A stretch of DNA of 30,923 nt from an uncultured archaeon (GTDB lineage Archaea > Asgardarchaeota > Lokiarchaeia > Sigyniarchaeales > SOKP01): assembly GCA_964388035.1 (NCBI GenBank), contig CAYLZE010000059.1:1-30923 (forward strand), given 5' to 3'. The notes under the pieces were generated by a model. It saw nothing but the letters and a program-made list of their open reading frames with translations, searched no databases and was not told the DNA's origin. Of this stretch, positions 17,093 through 25,741 are shown in pieces. Position numbers and translations under genes: made by a program. Each line of letters opens with the position of its first letter. Position 1 is the stretch's first letter.

Positions 17093-17359
17093 ATGCCTAG
17101 ACCAGCATTACGTTCCAAAGCTCAAGCACGCCATGCGCTTAAGACTCCGGGGCACCGTAATGTAAAACATTATTGGAGAAGAAAACCCAAAAAAGCTCAT
17201 TGTGCTCTATGTAAAAGACCTTTACAATCGATACCTCGAGAACGACCCGCCCAAATGAGAAAAACACCTTTAACTAAGAGACGGGCAAATAGATTGGAAA
17301 GCGGTCGCTATTGTGCCAATTGCTTGAAAACTTTGATCCAAGAATCCATTTGGAAATAA
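17093..17359 (+). CDS. rpl34e: 50S ribosomal protein eL34
   Basis: MPRPALRS, KTPG, CALC...RANR..SGRYCANC. Lies upstream of cmk and eL14. Confidence 0.95.
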   Translation: MPRPALRSKAQARHALKTPGHRNVKHYWRRKPKKAHCALCKRPLQSIPRERPAQMRKTPLTKRRANRLESGRYCANCLKTLIQESIWK

Positions 17360-17458
17360 TAGGGTTTTTATAATTATCTCCTTTTATTTAAAATCATAAT
17401 TTTTTAATTTCGTTCTTATTTAATCACAATAATCATTCAAATTCTTGAGGAAAAGCGC

Positions 17459-17986
17459 ATGATCATCGCTTTATCAGGCCTGCATGGCACCGGAAAAAGC
17501 ACGGTAGGGAAACTTGTTGCGAAATTCTTTGAATTGAGGTATTATTCCACGGGAGAAGCATTTAGGGACTTAGCTAAAGATTCGCAAATGACGCTGGAAG
17601 AATTTACCAATCATGTGGAAAAAAATCCCTCAATAGATAAAACACTGGATGATAAAATCATTCAAATTGCTAAAAAAGATAATGTTTTAATAGAAAGTCA
17701 ATTAAGTGCCCATCTGATTAAGGATATCGCTGATTTTAAAATTTTATTAACTTGTCCGTTAGAAACAAGAGTGAAGCGGATAGCAAAAAGAGAAAATGTT
17801 TCTTATGAAAAAGCACTAGAAGAAACCGTGCTTCGGGAAGAATCGGAATTGAATCGGTTCAAAGAATTATATGACATTGATATAGAAAATCAAGAAATTT
17901 ATGATTTGACCGTTGATACTAAGAATCTCACTATTGATGAGACTGTTGGAGAAATTCTTAAATTCATCCAATCCAAGCGGCCATGA
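17459..17986 (+). CDS. cmk: Cytidylate kinase, archaeal type
   Basis: IALSGLHGTGKST, STGEAFRDLA, 'RVKRIAKRE', 'RFKELYDID'. Sits in the eL34-cmk-eL14 context. Confidence 0.92.
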   Translation: MIIALSGLHGTGKSTVGKLVAKFFELRYYSTGEAFRDLAKDSQMTLEEFTNHVEKNPSIDKTLDDKIIQIAKKDNVLIESQLSAHLIKDIADFKILLTCPLETRVKRIAKRENVSYEKALEETVLREESELNRFKELYDIDIENQEIYDLTVDTKNLTIDETVGEILKFIQSKRP

Positions 17987-18124
17987 TATCTATTAGCGGA
18001 TAAAAAAAGCAAAAAATTTTATCTTATACTACACTCTTTTTCTAATATAGATTGTTTATTTCTACTGGAAAAGAAAAACTCCAGTATAAATAAATTGTTT
18101 AAAATTAATTTGGTGACAAATTAA

Positions 18125-18403
18125 ATGAGTAAAAATGTATATGATATTGGACGAGTTTGCGTCAAAACTACGGGAAGAGAAGCAGGAAAACATTGCATAA
18201 TCGTGGATATTATAGATAAAAATTACTTATTAATTGATGGATTAACGGTTAGAAGAAGAAGGGTCAATTATAATCATGTTGAACCCCTAGAGGACATGGT
18301 AGATATCAAGAAAGGCGCTTCTCATAAGGACGTGGAAGCAGCCATAACCAAGGCTAAATTAACCGAAATGATGAATCAAGTAATTTCCATTCCCATAAGT
18401 TAA
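18125..18403 (+). CDS. rpl14e: 50S ribosomal protein eL14
   Basis: IGRVCVKTTGREAGKHCIIVDIIDKNYLLIDG...VRRRRVNYNHVEP. Confidence 0.96.
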   Translation: MSKNVYDIGRVCVKTTGREAGKHCIIVDIIDKNYLLIDGLTVRRRRVNYNHVEPLEDMVDIKKGASHKDVEAAITKAKLTEMMNQVISIPIS

Positions 18404-18456
18404 AGTGTTCTAATCTACTGGTAAATATTCTTTCTCAAATTCATTTTTTTTTATTT

Positions 18457-18618
18457 GCAACGGTTGCGCAGCCTGGTAGCGTGTGATGATAAGCTTTTGC
18501 GCCAGAAACGCGCTGGCTTGGAGCTAAGCATTCTTGCTAAAAAGCCAGTGTCCATTTGGACTCGGGGGTTCGAATTTTTCTACCTATCGTAGGAAAAGAA
18601 TATATCCCTCCCGTTGCG
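18457..18618 (+). tRNA. tRNA-Ser(GGA) with three introns: 18479-18507 (29 nt, 21/22), 18524-18542 (19 nt, 37/38), 18574-18603 (30 nt, 58/59)
   Basis: Spliced: GCAACGG TT GCGC AGCCTGGTA ACGC G CTGGC TT-GGA-GA GCCAG TGTCCATTTGGACTC GGGGG TTCGAAT CCCTC CCGTTGC G (84 nt). Long variable arm GTCC/GGAC and G73 fit Ser. BHB helices are CTGG/CCAG, TTGG/CTAA and GTTC/GAAT. Anticodon at 18520-18522. Confidence 0.9.
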
Positions 18619-18772
18619 CTTATAAAAAAAAGAGGAAACCGGATCATGCGTTAATTCAGTATCCTCCTCTTTAATCCATACTTATTTAATATAGGCAAAA
18701 ATTATAAGAATTTCAAAACTTTCACATTATTAATATTTATTCAAAATTAATGACTGGAAGTATTATAAAAAC

Positions 18773-19156
18773 ATGAATCGAATAATTGGTATACCAGCAA
18801 ATGGTCCTGAATTAAGTGATACGATTTCTGATCATTTTGGCCATTGCGCCTGGTTTGTGGGTGTTGAATTAACAGATGGCACTGATATGAAAAAAGTGTT
18901 TGCCCTTGAAAATAACGGACATTCATCCTGCATGGAACCGGTGATAAATATGAAGGATAGAAAAGTGAGTGATATGATAGTAGGAGGGATTGGGGGCCGA
19001 CCATACAATGGATTTATTGAAATGGGAATAAGCCTCTTCCAAGGAGTGAGCGGGACAATTCAGCAAAATATTTCGTTATTAATGCAGGGAAAGCTCAAGG
19101 GCTTGGGAGGACCTCACTGTTCTGGTGGCGAACAGCATTATGCTGAGTCGCAATGA
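18773..19156 (+). CDS. NifB/NifX (dinitrogenase FeMo-cofactor-binding) family protein
   Basis: 'ISDHFGHCAWF', 'HSSC..PV', 'MIVGGIGGRP', Cys/His-containing tail. Confidence 0.88.
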   Translation: MNRIIGIPANGPELSDTISDHFGHCAWFVGVELTDGTDMKKVFALENNGHSSCMEPVINMKDRKVSDMIVGGIGGRPYNGFIEMGISLFQGVSGTIQQNISLLMQGKLKGLGGPHCSGGEQHYAESQ

Positions 19157-19220
19157 ACAGGCATGTAATTTCCGTCTTATTTTTTCCTTATAATTTTTAC
19201 TTATTTGGAGTAACTTTAAG

Positions 19221-19322
19221 TCATGATTAATCCCAGAGGGTTTCTTCCAAGATTGTTGTGAGAAAAAAGGTTCTGGGTATTATGGTTAGAAATAACCCTC
19301 TAAAACGTTGCGATAATCGTGA
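19221..19322. other. Structured intergenic element between convergent genes (nested and alternative inverted repeats)
   Basis: TCATGATTA/TAATCGTGA, AGAGGGTT/AACCCTCT, TAATCCCAGAG/TTCTGGGTATTA and GGTTA-GAAA-TAACC. Confidence 0.4.
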
Positions 19323-19338
19323 AAATAAAGCATTCCAT

Positions 19339-19935
19339 TCATTTAATTTCACGTAATAGGAAATATTCTAACACGTCCGTCCCGGGAATCGTGGCTTGTT
19401 CTAGTACTTCAAAACCAAATTTTGAGTAAAACTTTACATTTCGTTCCGTGAATATCTCGAGATATACAGGCAAGGGATCTTTATCGATAAATTCTAACAT
19501 GGTCTGCACTAACATACTTCCATAACCTTTTCCTTGATATTGGGGGTTCACACCTAATGTTTGAAGATACCAATGCTTACCGAGAGCAAACTGGTAATGC
19601 TTTTTATTATTAAATTCCAACAGGGGTTGGAACGCTCGGGAGTATTTTAATCCCATTTTCCAAATTCTGGACTTGAAAGCACAGAGTATATTTCCCCACG
19701 GTGTTTCTTTAAAATGTTCGTATGGAATCCAGACTGCAACTCCTTCAAGATTAGGGGGGATGGCGCGTACCTCTCCATATCTTAATCCCAAGCAGACGGC
19801 CGTTTGAAAAATATATTTTGTTCGTTCAATTCTTTGACTCAGATCTGGTACAGCAGAAACGAAAACGGGATCCTCTTTAAATGCCCTTGCTAGCATCTCT
19901 CCCGCCTTCGTTATTTGACTTTCTAAAACCTTCAC
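19339..19935 (-). CDS. GNAT family N-acetyltransferase
   Basis: 'LARAFKEDP', 'HWYLQTLGVNPQYQGKGYGSML', 'PVYLE..TERNVKFYSKFGF'. Confidence 0.93.
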   Translation of the reverse strand: MKVLESQITKAGEMLARAFKEDPVFVSAVPDLSQRIERTKYIFQTAVCLGLRYGEVRAIPPNLEGVAVWIPYEHFKETPWGNILCAFKSRIWKMGLKYSRAFQPLLEFNNKKHYQFALGKHWYLQTLGVNPQYQGKGYGSMLVQTMLEFIDKDPLPVYLEIFTERNVKFYSKFGFEVLEQATIPGTDVLEYFLLREIK

Positions 19936-20269
19936 AACAGCATTTTTTGCGGTAATGACAATTTCACCTTAGAAAATAGTTTAACATGTAGAAGCATTTT
20001 TACTTTAAATAGATTCGAAATTACACAAATTTAGAGAATTTAATTGTCATGTAAAAATAAAATAAGGATTACGAGAATTAAAATAATTTGTCATGAATCT
20101 ATGGGATTTATATGATCCCAATAGACTTTCGATCTCTTTTTATTTATTCCAAGGATAACCAAACAAAAAAATGAAAATAAGTGAATTAAACCAATTTAGA
20201 GAAAAAATATAAAAAAAACCAGAAGCTTTTCCTTCCCAGCAATACTTGAAGTTAATAAATCATCTGTAA

Positions 20270-20947
20270 TTACACGTCTGGCCACTGAGTGTACTTCGAT
20301 TTTTGTCCACCAAACATCTGATCCATGCCCCCACTGGCTTGGGTCTGTAATTTCAAAATTCTTTGAATCAACGTGTTTATCCCCAGAGAACACAAGAAAT
20401 ACCAAGCCGTAAAACTTATCCACCCCATTTTTTGAGTAATTTGGACGGGTTTTCCATAAACTTGCGCTGTCCATTGAAATACTGAATCGGTATAGCCCAT
20501 AGCAAAATTATTTATCAAGGGTACATCCCAAATATTCATGGGGGGACAAGCGACAGGATTTCTACCAAAAGTTGCATTTAAAATGGAAAAAATAACGATC
20601 ATGGGAATGAAAATGATTAATGTGGGCTTCAATCGTGACATTGCCATGCTCTGCTGAACTTTCTTGATCATTTCATCCTTTTTTTCCCATCTTTTTCTTT
20701 TTTTTCGATATCTTTCGGGATCGGTTTCCGCGAGTTTAATAATCCTTTCTTTTTCCTCATTATGTTCCTTAATTTGCTTCTGCTTTCTCTCCACCTCTTT
20801 CGTGTCAACGAGCCATTTTGTCAGAAGAGTACTAATCGTTGCTGTAATCAGGGAAAGAAGGAGAGTAAATATCATTGAACCTGGGGGATATTTCATCCAT
20901 TCCAAAAAGTCAAATCCTTGAAGGAGCGTTAAAATAATCATGATCAT
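20270..20947 (-). CDS. EMC3/TMCO1/DUF106 family membrane protein (Oxa1 superfamily insertase)
   Basis: TM1, cytosolic coiled coil, 'LKPTLIIFIPMIVIF' and 'WISFTAWYFLCSLGINTLIQRIL'. Lies directly downstream of secY. Confidence 0.9.
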   Translation of the reverse strand: MIMIILTLLQGFDFLEWMKYPPGSMIFTLLLSLITATISTLLTKWLVDTKEVERKQKQIKEHNEEKERIIKLAETDPERYRKKRKRWEKKDEMIKKVQQSMAMSRLKPTLIIFIPMIVIFSILNATFGRNPVACPPMNIWDVPLINNFAMGYTDSVFQWTAQVYGKPVQITQKMGWISFTAWYFLCSLGINTLIQRILKLQTQASGGMDQMFGGQKSKYTQWPDV

Positions 20948-21083
20948 TTTTGTTAATTAACTTTAGCTTAAAAATTTAATTCCTTGAGTCCCTTGAAAAG
21001 TTTAAAGGTTGAAATAAAGAGGAAAATAAGAAAAAGAAAAGAATCAGATGAGGTTTACCAAGGATTTGAGAAAAAAAAAAGAT

Positions 21084-22553
21084 TTAATCAACCCCCAACA
21101 TCGCACGCATGGAAGGATATTGAGCTGCAGCTACTTGCTTAGAGATCTCCTCTGCAAATTGATGAACGATTCCAATAGAGATGAGAAGTCCCGTTCCAGA
21201 ACTGAGAGCCCCTAGACTATCCGCGGTAAAACTTAGCAATGCAATGAATATTCCGTTAAGTATTACTAACGTAGGAATATATCGTTTTAGAATTCTTTCA
21301 ATAATTTTTTCTGAACTTCTAAATCCCGGAATCATCATGCCCGAATCGAGAATTTGTTGAGCAATATCACGCGGTGCTAATCCCGACACCTCGACCCACA
21401 TCCTCCCTAAATAAACGCATAATATGATGAAAAATATTACATAGGTAAACGCCCTGAGCGGATCCGCCACTAATTCGGTCAATCCTTGAGGGGGTGAGAA
21501 ATAATAGAGAAGACCACCCGTAGGTTTTAAATAATTTCCTGTAGAAGTTCCAGAACTCTCTTGCTCAAATTTTCCAATTAGATCCAACCAAAAGTTTGAG
21601 TTAGCATTCCGCAATGATGAATTTGGACCTGCTATCAGCTGCCCAAAAAATAGAAAATTAGCATACAAGGCATTCACTAAGATAACAGGAATATTAGAAA
21701 CATACATGAGTTTCATGGGATACTTACCCTTATACCCTCGATAGCCTCGATATGCTAAGGGAATTTCGATCCGTGCAGATTCAAACCAGCTCACAATAAG
21801 AAAGATAATCACGGTCGTGATCACTCCTAAGAGGGAGGGCAAATTGCCTCTAATAAAAATGGTACTTAGCGTGGTTTTATCATTGTTATCAAACAATACT
21901 GTGAAAAACGCGATAGCAATCCCCCTGGGAAGATGATACTCATCGGGAGCTTCTATAAAACTGAAACTATTCCAGAAAATCTGTCCCGCAACTCCTGCCG
22001 CAATAAAGAGGGATACACCACTCCCAATCCCCCATCCTTTTTGTAGCAATTCGTCTAATAAGATTATAATGATCCCCGAGAATAATAATTGGACAAATAT
22101 TAACGCTGCATTTTGAATCCCAATCGTAGATAACTCACCAAAAGCTCCTCCGATGATATACGCTATAGAATTGAATATTGTGAGGATCACCGCAAAAACT
22201 TTTTGCGATCCGCTAAACATGGAGCGATCATAAGGGTCTGACATGTCAATATTAATCAACTTGGAACCCAAAAGCAATTGCATTATAAGCCCTGCAGTTA
22301 CAATAGGACCAATTCCCAATTCCGTTAGAGTGCCTCGTTGACTAGCTAATATGACACGCATCCAATAAAAATAATCCGTTGAATTTTGGAGATTCACCCC
22401 GTAGAGGGGAATATTGCTCATGATCAAATAAATTACGAGAATTAGCGCCGTCCACACGAACTTTTCTTTGAAAGAAACTTCGCGCTGGGGTCGCTTTATC
22501 TCTGGCATCACGCGCACTAAGGGCGCGAAGAATTTAATGAATTTTCCAGTCAT
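21084..22553 (-). CDS. secY: Protein translocase subunit SecY / Sec61alpha
   Basis: 'PEIKRPQREVSFKEKFVWT', 'RVILASQRGTLTELGIGPIVTAGLIMQLL', 'DELLQKGWGIGSGVSLFIA', 'YPMKLMYVSNIPVIL', 'IPGFR'. Confidence 0.98.
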   Translation of the reverse strand: MTGKFIKFFAPLVRVMPEIKRPQREVSFKEKFVWTALILVIYLIMSNIPLYGVNLQNSTDYFYWMRVILASQRGTLTELGIGPIVTAGLIMQLLLGSKLINIDMSDPYDRSMFSGSQKVFAVILTIFNSIAYIIGGAFGELSTIGIQNAALIFVQLLFSGIIIILLDELLQKGWGIGSGVSLFIAAGVAGQIFWNSFSFIEAPDEYHLPRGIAIAFFTVLFDNNDKTTLSTIFIRGNLPSLLGVITTVIIFLIVSWFESARIEIPLAYRGYRGYKGKYPMKLMYVSNIPVILVNALYANFLFFGQLIAGPNSSLRNANSNFWLDLIGKFEQESSGTSTGNYLKPTGGLLYYFSPPQGLTELVADPLRAFTYVIFFIILCVYLGRMWVEVSGLAPRDIAQQILDSGMMIPGFRSSEKIIERILKRYIPTLVILNGIFIALLSFTADSLGALSSGTGLLISIGIVHQFAEEISKQVAAAQYPSMRAMLGVD

Positions 22554-22843
22554 TTTCGTATCAAAGTAGTTTATAAATCTTCAAATCATTAATGACAATT
22601 AAATAATGTGATTAATTAATCGTTTTTAAAAGTGTAAAAATTGAATTTAAAAAAAATTTTATGATTTTCTAAAATTTAATCACGAAAATATCCTCTCTCT
22701 TCCACAATTTAATATAAAGCCATTACGTGCTTTTAACAAATTTAAAAAGAGAAAAAATAAAAAATAAGTTAATGTTAAAAGATTGATTTTCTTCTAAATA
22801 CGTACTAAAAAAAGAGAAAATAAGAGCAATTAAGCCATTGTGG

Positions 22844-23152
22844 TTAAAATAATGAACCGATCCCAGTAGGTTCTTCGTCCACTTCCTCTTCTTTTTTCTT
22901 TTTCTTCTTTTCTTCGACAGGTTCAGTTTTCCCGGGAACTCCAGCAGCCAGCATTGGAGCAGCCATCATTGGTGCAGCACTGGCTGATTTAAGGATTTCA
23001 TTGATATCTTTTTCTTTTAATCCCGCTACTAATTTAGTAATTTGGGTTTTATCTACCTCTGCTCCAGCAGCTTTTAAAATCTTTTCGATGTTAACTTCCG
23101 AAATTTCTTTTTCTGCTCTGTGAAGTAAAAGTGCGGCATAAATACTTTCCAT
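22844..23152 (-). CDS. rpl12p: Ribosomal stalk protein P1 (aL12)
   Basis: MESIYAALLLH, Ala-rich hinge, acidic tail ending GIGSLF. Confidence 0.96.
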   Translation of the reverse strand: MESIYAALLLHRAEKEISEVNIEKILKAAGAEVDKTQITKLVAGLKEKDINEILKSASAAPMMAAPMLAAGVPGKTEPVEEKKKKKKEEEVDEEPTGIGSLF

Positions 23153-23227
23153 TTTTATTACCTCTTAATTTTAATTATTTTTTATTATGATTGATATATT
23201 TGCAAAAAAATTTAATTCTTTATTTTA

Positions 23228-24226
23228 TTAGAAGAGGTCTCCTATTCCACTAATTTCCTCTTCTTTTACTTCTTCTTTTTTTTCCTCTTTAGGCTTCTTC
23301 TTTTCTTCTGTTTGACTTGGTTGAACTTTGACTGTTTCTCCAAAAATCATTGCATTGAGGGTATTTGCATTATTTTGTGCTTTCATCATGTATTCATCGA
23401 GCATGGTATCTACAAAGATGGGTAATTCAAAGAGAAGAGCAAGAGCTTCTCGATGGCCTTTTGAAATCAATGGTTCAATTGTATCCTTATCGACAATATT
23501 CATTTCTAGCGCAAGGCTCTTTGCATTCATGAAAGCTAATTGGATATCTTTTTGGAATTGTTCCATATCCATGTATATTATATCCTCGGTTAAAATTTCT
23601 CCATCGCACCAAGCAAAATGAATTCTAATTAATGATTCAAGAGGTTTTACCCCCAATTTCTTTAGGACGGCGGCTTCTTTGATTGTAACGAGATCCCCCG
23701 CCTTATGAGTTAATTTATCTTCTCGGACCCATATTGTATCATTTTGGATCCTGGTGGGTAATTTCAGTGTCATGTTTAATTCGGATATTACTTGGCCCGT
23801 GGGTAATCCCGTATCCCCCGCTGGAACAATTATATCCACGGGAGTCTTCGCACCAGGTCTAGCAGGAATCATCCATTTGTTTTCTCCGAAAAGTCTTTTT
23901 ACCTCAAAAATGTTCATGTTAGTGAACAATAATGTGGATTGCCCGGGTATGCTTTCTATTAATTCCTCAAGCCCTTCTTTCTTTGTTTCTGACTGATATT
24001 TCTCAATTGCTCTGCTCTGCAGATTTTTCTTGCTCATTTTTAATTCTGCTTTACCACGCAAGATTCTCCTTGTTTGTTGAATTTGCCGATCATTAATGCT
24101 CGATACAATGATGACAGCGATATTTTTGTATTTTTTGAATAAGTTTACAAGTTCATCGACTTCTTTTAATTTCCACTCTGGAATTTTTGCTAATTCGGAG
24201 GAAATTTCTGTTTTTTGTGAATTCAC
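23228..24226 (-). CDS. rplP0: Ribosomal protein uL10 (P0)
   Basis: IPEWKLKEV, 'RRILRGKAELKMSKKNL', 'PAGDTGLPTG', acidic tail GIGDLF. The GTG start overlaps the uL1 stop (GTGA). Confidence 0.96.
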   Translation of the reverse strand: MNSQKTEISSELAKIPEWKLKEVDELVNLFKKYKNIAVIIVSSINDRQIQQTRRILRGKAELKMSKKNLQSRAIEKYQSETKKEGLEELIESIPGQSTLLFTNMNIFEVKRLFGENKWMIPARPGAKTPVDIIVPAGDTGLPTGQVISELNMTLKLPTRIQNDTIWVREDKLTHKAGDLVTIKEAAVLKKLGVKPLESLIRIHFAWCDGEILTEDIIYMDMEQFQKDIQLAFMNAKSLALEMNIVDKDTIEPLISKGHREALALLFELPIFVDTMLDEYMMKAQNNANTLNAMIFGETVKVQPSQTEEKKKPKEEKKEEVKEEEISGIGDLF

Positions 24227-24957
24227 TTTTTAACACCTACTTTTTTTAAGAATTCTTCCTCCACTTTTATGGGTTTTCCCATGGTAGACTTTATATACAC
24301 GGATCGAAAATTATTGAACTTATGAGGCATTTGATCTGCCACGTAGTCGACGATGGTTTTAAGGTTTTCAAATAATTTCTGGATTTCCATGGATTTTTTT
24401 CCAATTTTGACTTGAATGATAGGCATTTTTTTCACTTGAACATTTATCGCCCGCTTATACCGTTCCACGGCAGTTTTCAACTCATCTACGCTAGAAATGA
24501 TTCCATATCCTGCAGGGAAGGGTTTCGGCATCTTTCCTAAAGGTCCCATGAAGCGAGCCATGTACCTTGCAACATCCCTCATCATTTTATCTTCTACGAT
24601 GAAAAAATCATATTTCTTTACGAATTTTTTCTTGTCTTTTTTTTGCTGAGTGTTGAGTGCGACCAATCCATCAGAATCCATCGTATCTAATCCCATATTT
24701 TTAGCTTCTAAGAGCATATCTTCCGAAGCAATAACGCATACATTGGGATGATCATTTTTTACTATTTCATTGGGCAAGAGAATTTCTTTATCGATCCTCT
24801 GCTTAGGATCATTGAGATTAATGTCTTTTAAATTAATGATGAGATCTATGGTTTCATCAAATTTACGCACTTTTGGGGGTTTTCCTTCTTTTTTAAGGGT
24901 GGAAAACTCGAGGGCGGCAGTTAATGATCGTCTCATTAATTTTTCATCTAATTTCAT
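24223..24957 (-). CDS. rpl1: Ribosomal protein uL1
   Basis: RKFDETIDLIINLKDI, GPLGKMPKP, VYIKSTMGKP. Confidence 0.97.
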   Translation of the reverse strand: MKLDEKLMRRSLTAALEFSTLKKEGKPPKVRKFDETIDLIINLKDINLNDPKQRIDKEILLPNEIVKNDHPNVCVIASEDMLLEAKNMGLDTMDSDGLVALNTQQKKDKKKFVKKYDFFIVEDKMMRDVARYMARFMGPLGKMPKPFPAGYGIISSVDELKTAVERYKRAINVQVKKMPIIQVKIGKKSMEIQKLFENLKTIVDYVADQMPHKFNNFRSVYIKSTMGKPIKVEEEFLKKVGVKK

Positions 24958-24961
24958 TTTT

Positions 24962-25459
24962 CTACGCTTCCTCCTTTATGATATCATCATATTCTCCACT
25001 TTCTACTCTTTTTTGAATTACGCGAGGATCTTCTCCTTCCACGGTTAAACCAACAGACAGTGCCGTTCCTAAAATAGTTTTAACTTTATTTTTCAAGGTA
25101 CGATCCAATAGTTTATCTGATTTTGCTTGTACTATGGTTAAAATTTGATTCAGACTTAAATTACCCGTCTTTTTTTCCATCATGTTCTCCGTCCCTTTTT
25201 CGACTCCAGCTTCTTTCAATAATAGTGAAGCCGTTGAGGGGGTTTCAACGAAGATTTCAAACGCCTTGGTTTCAGGATCACAAACAATTCGCACGGGAAC
25301 CGTGAGTCCTTTAAAAATCATGGTTTTTTCGTTCACCGCATCAACTACATCCTTAATGTTTATCCCTGTAGGACCTACAGCTGGACCGATAGGGGGGCCT
25401 CCTGAGGCGGAGCCTCCCGTCACGAGCGCTTTGACCACTATTTTTCCTTTGTCACTCAT
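24962..25459 (-). CDS. rpl11: Ribosomal protein uL11
   Basis: GGSASGGPPIGPAVGPTG, TPSTASLL, ILGTALSVGLTVEG. Confidence 0.97.
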   Translation of the reverse strand: MSDKGKIVVKALVTGGSASGGPPIGPAVGPTGINIKDVVDAVNEKTMIFKGLTVPVRIVCDPETKAFEIFVETPSTASLLLKEAGVEKGTENMMEKKTGNLSLNQILTIVQAKSDKLLDRTLKNKVKTILGTALSVGLTVEGEDPRVIQKRVESGEYDDIIKEEA

Positions 25460-25741
25460 TTCCGTTCAGTTTGTTTTTTAAATTACTCAAATTAATCATC
25501 TAAAGGATTAGAACCCATTAAAACTATAAAATACAATATTAATCTTTTCAATATCTAAACTATATTGAAGCCGTTTTAATATACGTCCTAAGCTTTTGAG
25601 AAGGCTAATTTGAACTTAGTATGATAGAGAATACAAGAAAAATTAAAAAATTTATTATTTTTGATTTTTGAATACGAGTATTTATTATAATGAATTTCTA
25701 AAAGTAACTTATATTAAAACTTACTTAAATATCACTCTAAA

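Noticed and set aside
18479-18507. GTGATGA (box C-like) inside the tRNA-Ser D-loop intron, suggesting an intron-encoded C/D guide RNA
   Set aside because: The intron is only 29 nt and has no CTGA box D.
18457-18618. Long-variable-arm tRNA near selB considered as tRNA-Sec
   Set aside because: The anticodon is GGA and the fold is the standard 7/5 acceptor/T arrangement, so it is tRNA-Ser.
18773-19156. Nitrogen fixation inferred from the NifX-family gene
   Set aside because: There are no nif structural genes here, and this family is widespread in non-diazotrophs.
19154-19290. NifX gene ends in TGA and is followed by an AUGA-led stem, suggesting a selenoprotein with a SECIS (SelB is in the window)
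   Set aside because: The 3' side of the core reads TGGT, not NGAN, and there is no apical AA at the expected place. Readthrough would add only U-T-G-M with no redox motif.
20102-20120. Hairpin TGGGAT-N7-ATCCCA downstream of DUF106, and a similar short hairpin near 2704-2724
   Set aside because: These are short stems expected by chance. They may be terminators, but I cannot support that.
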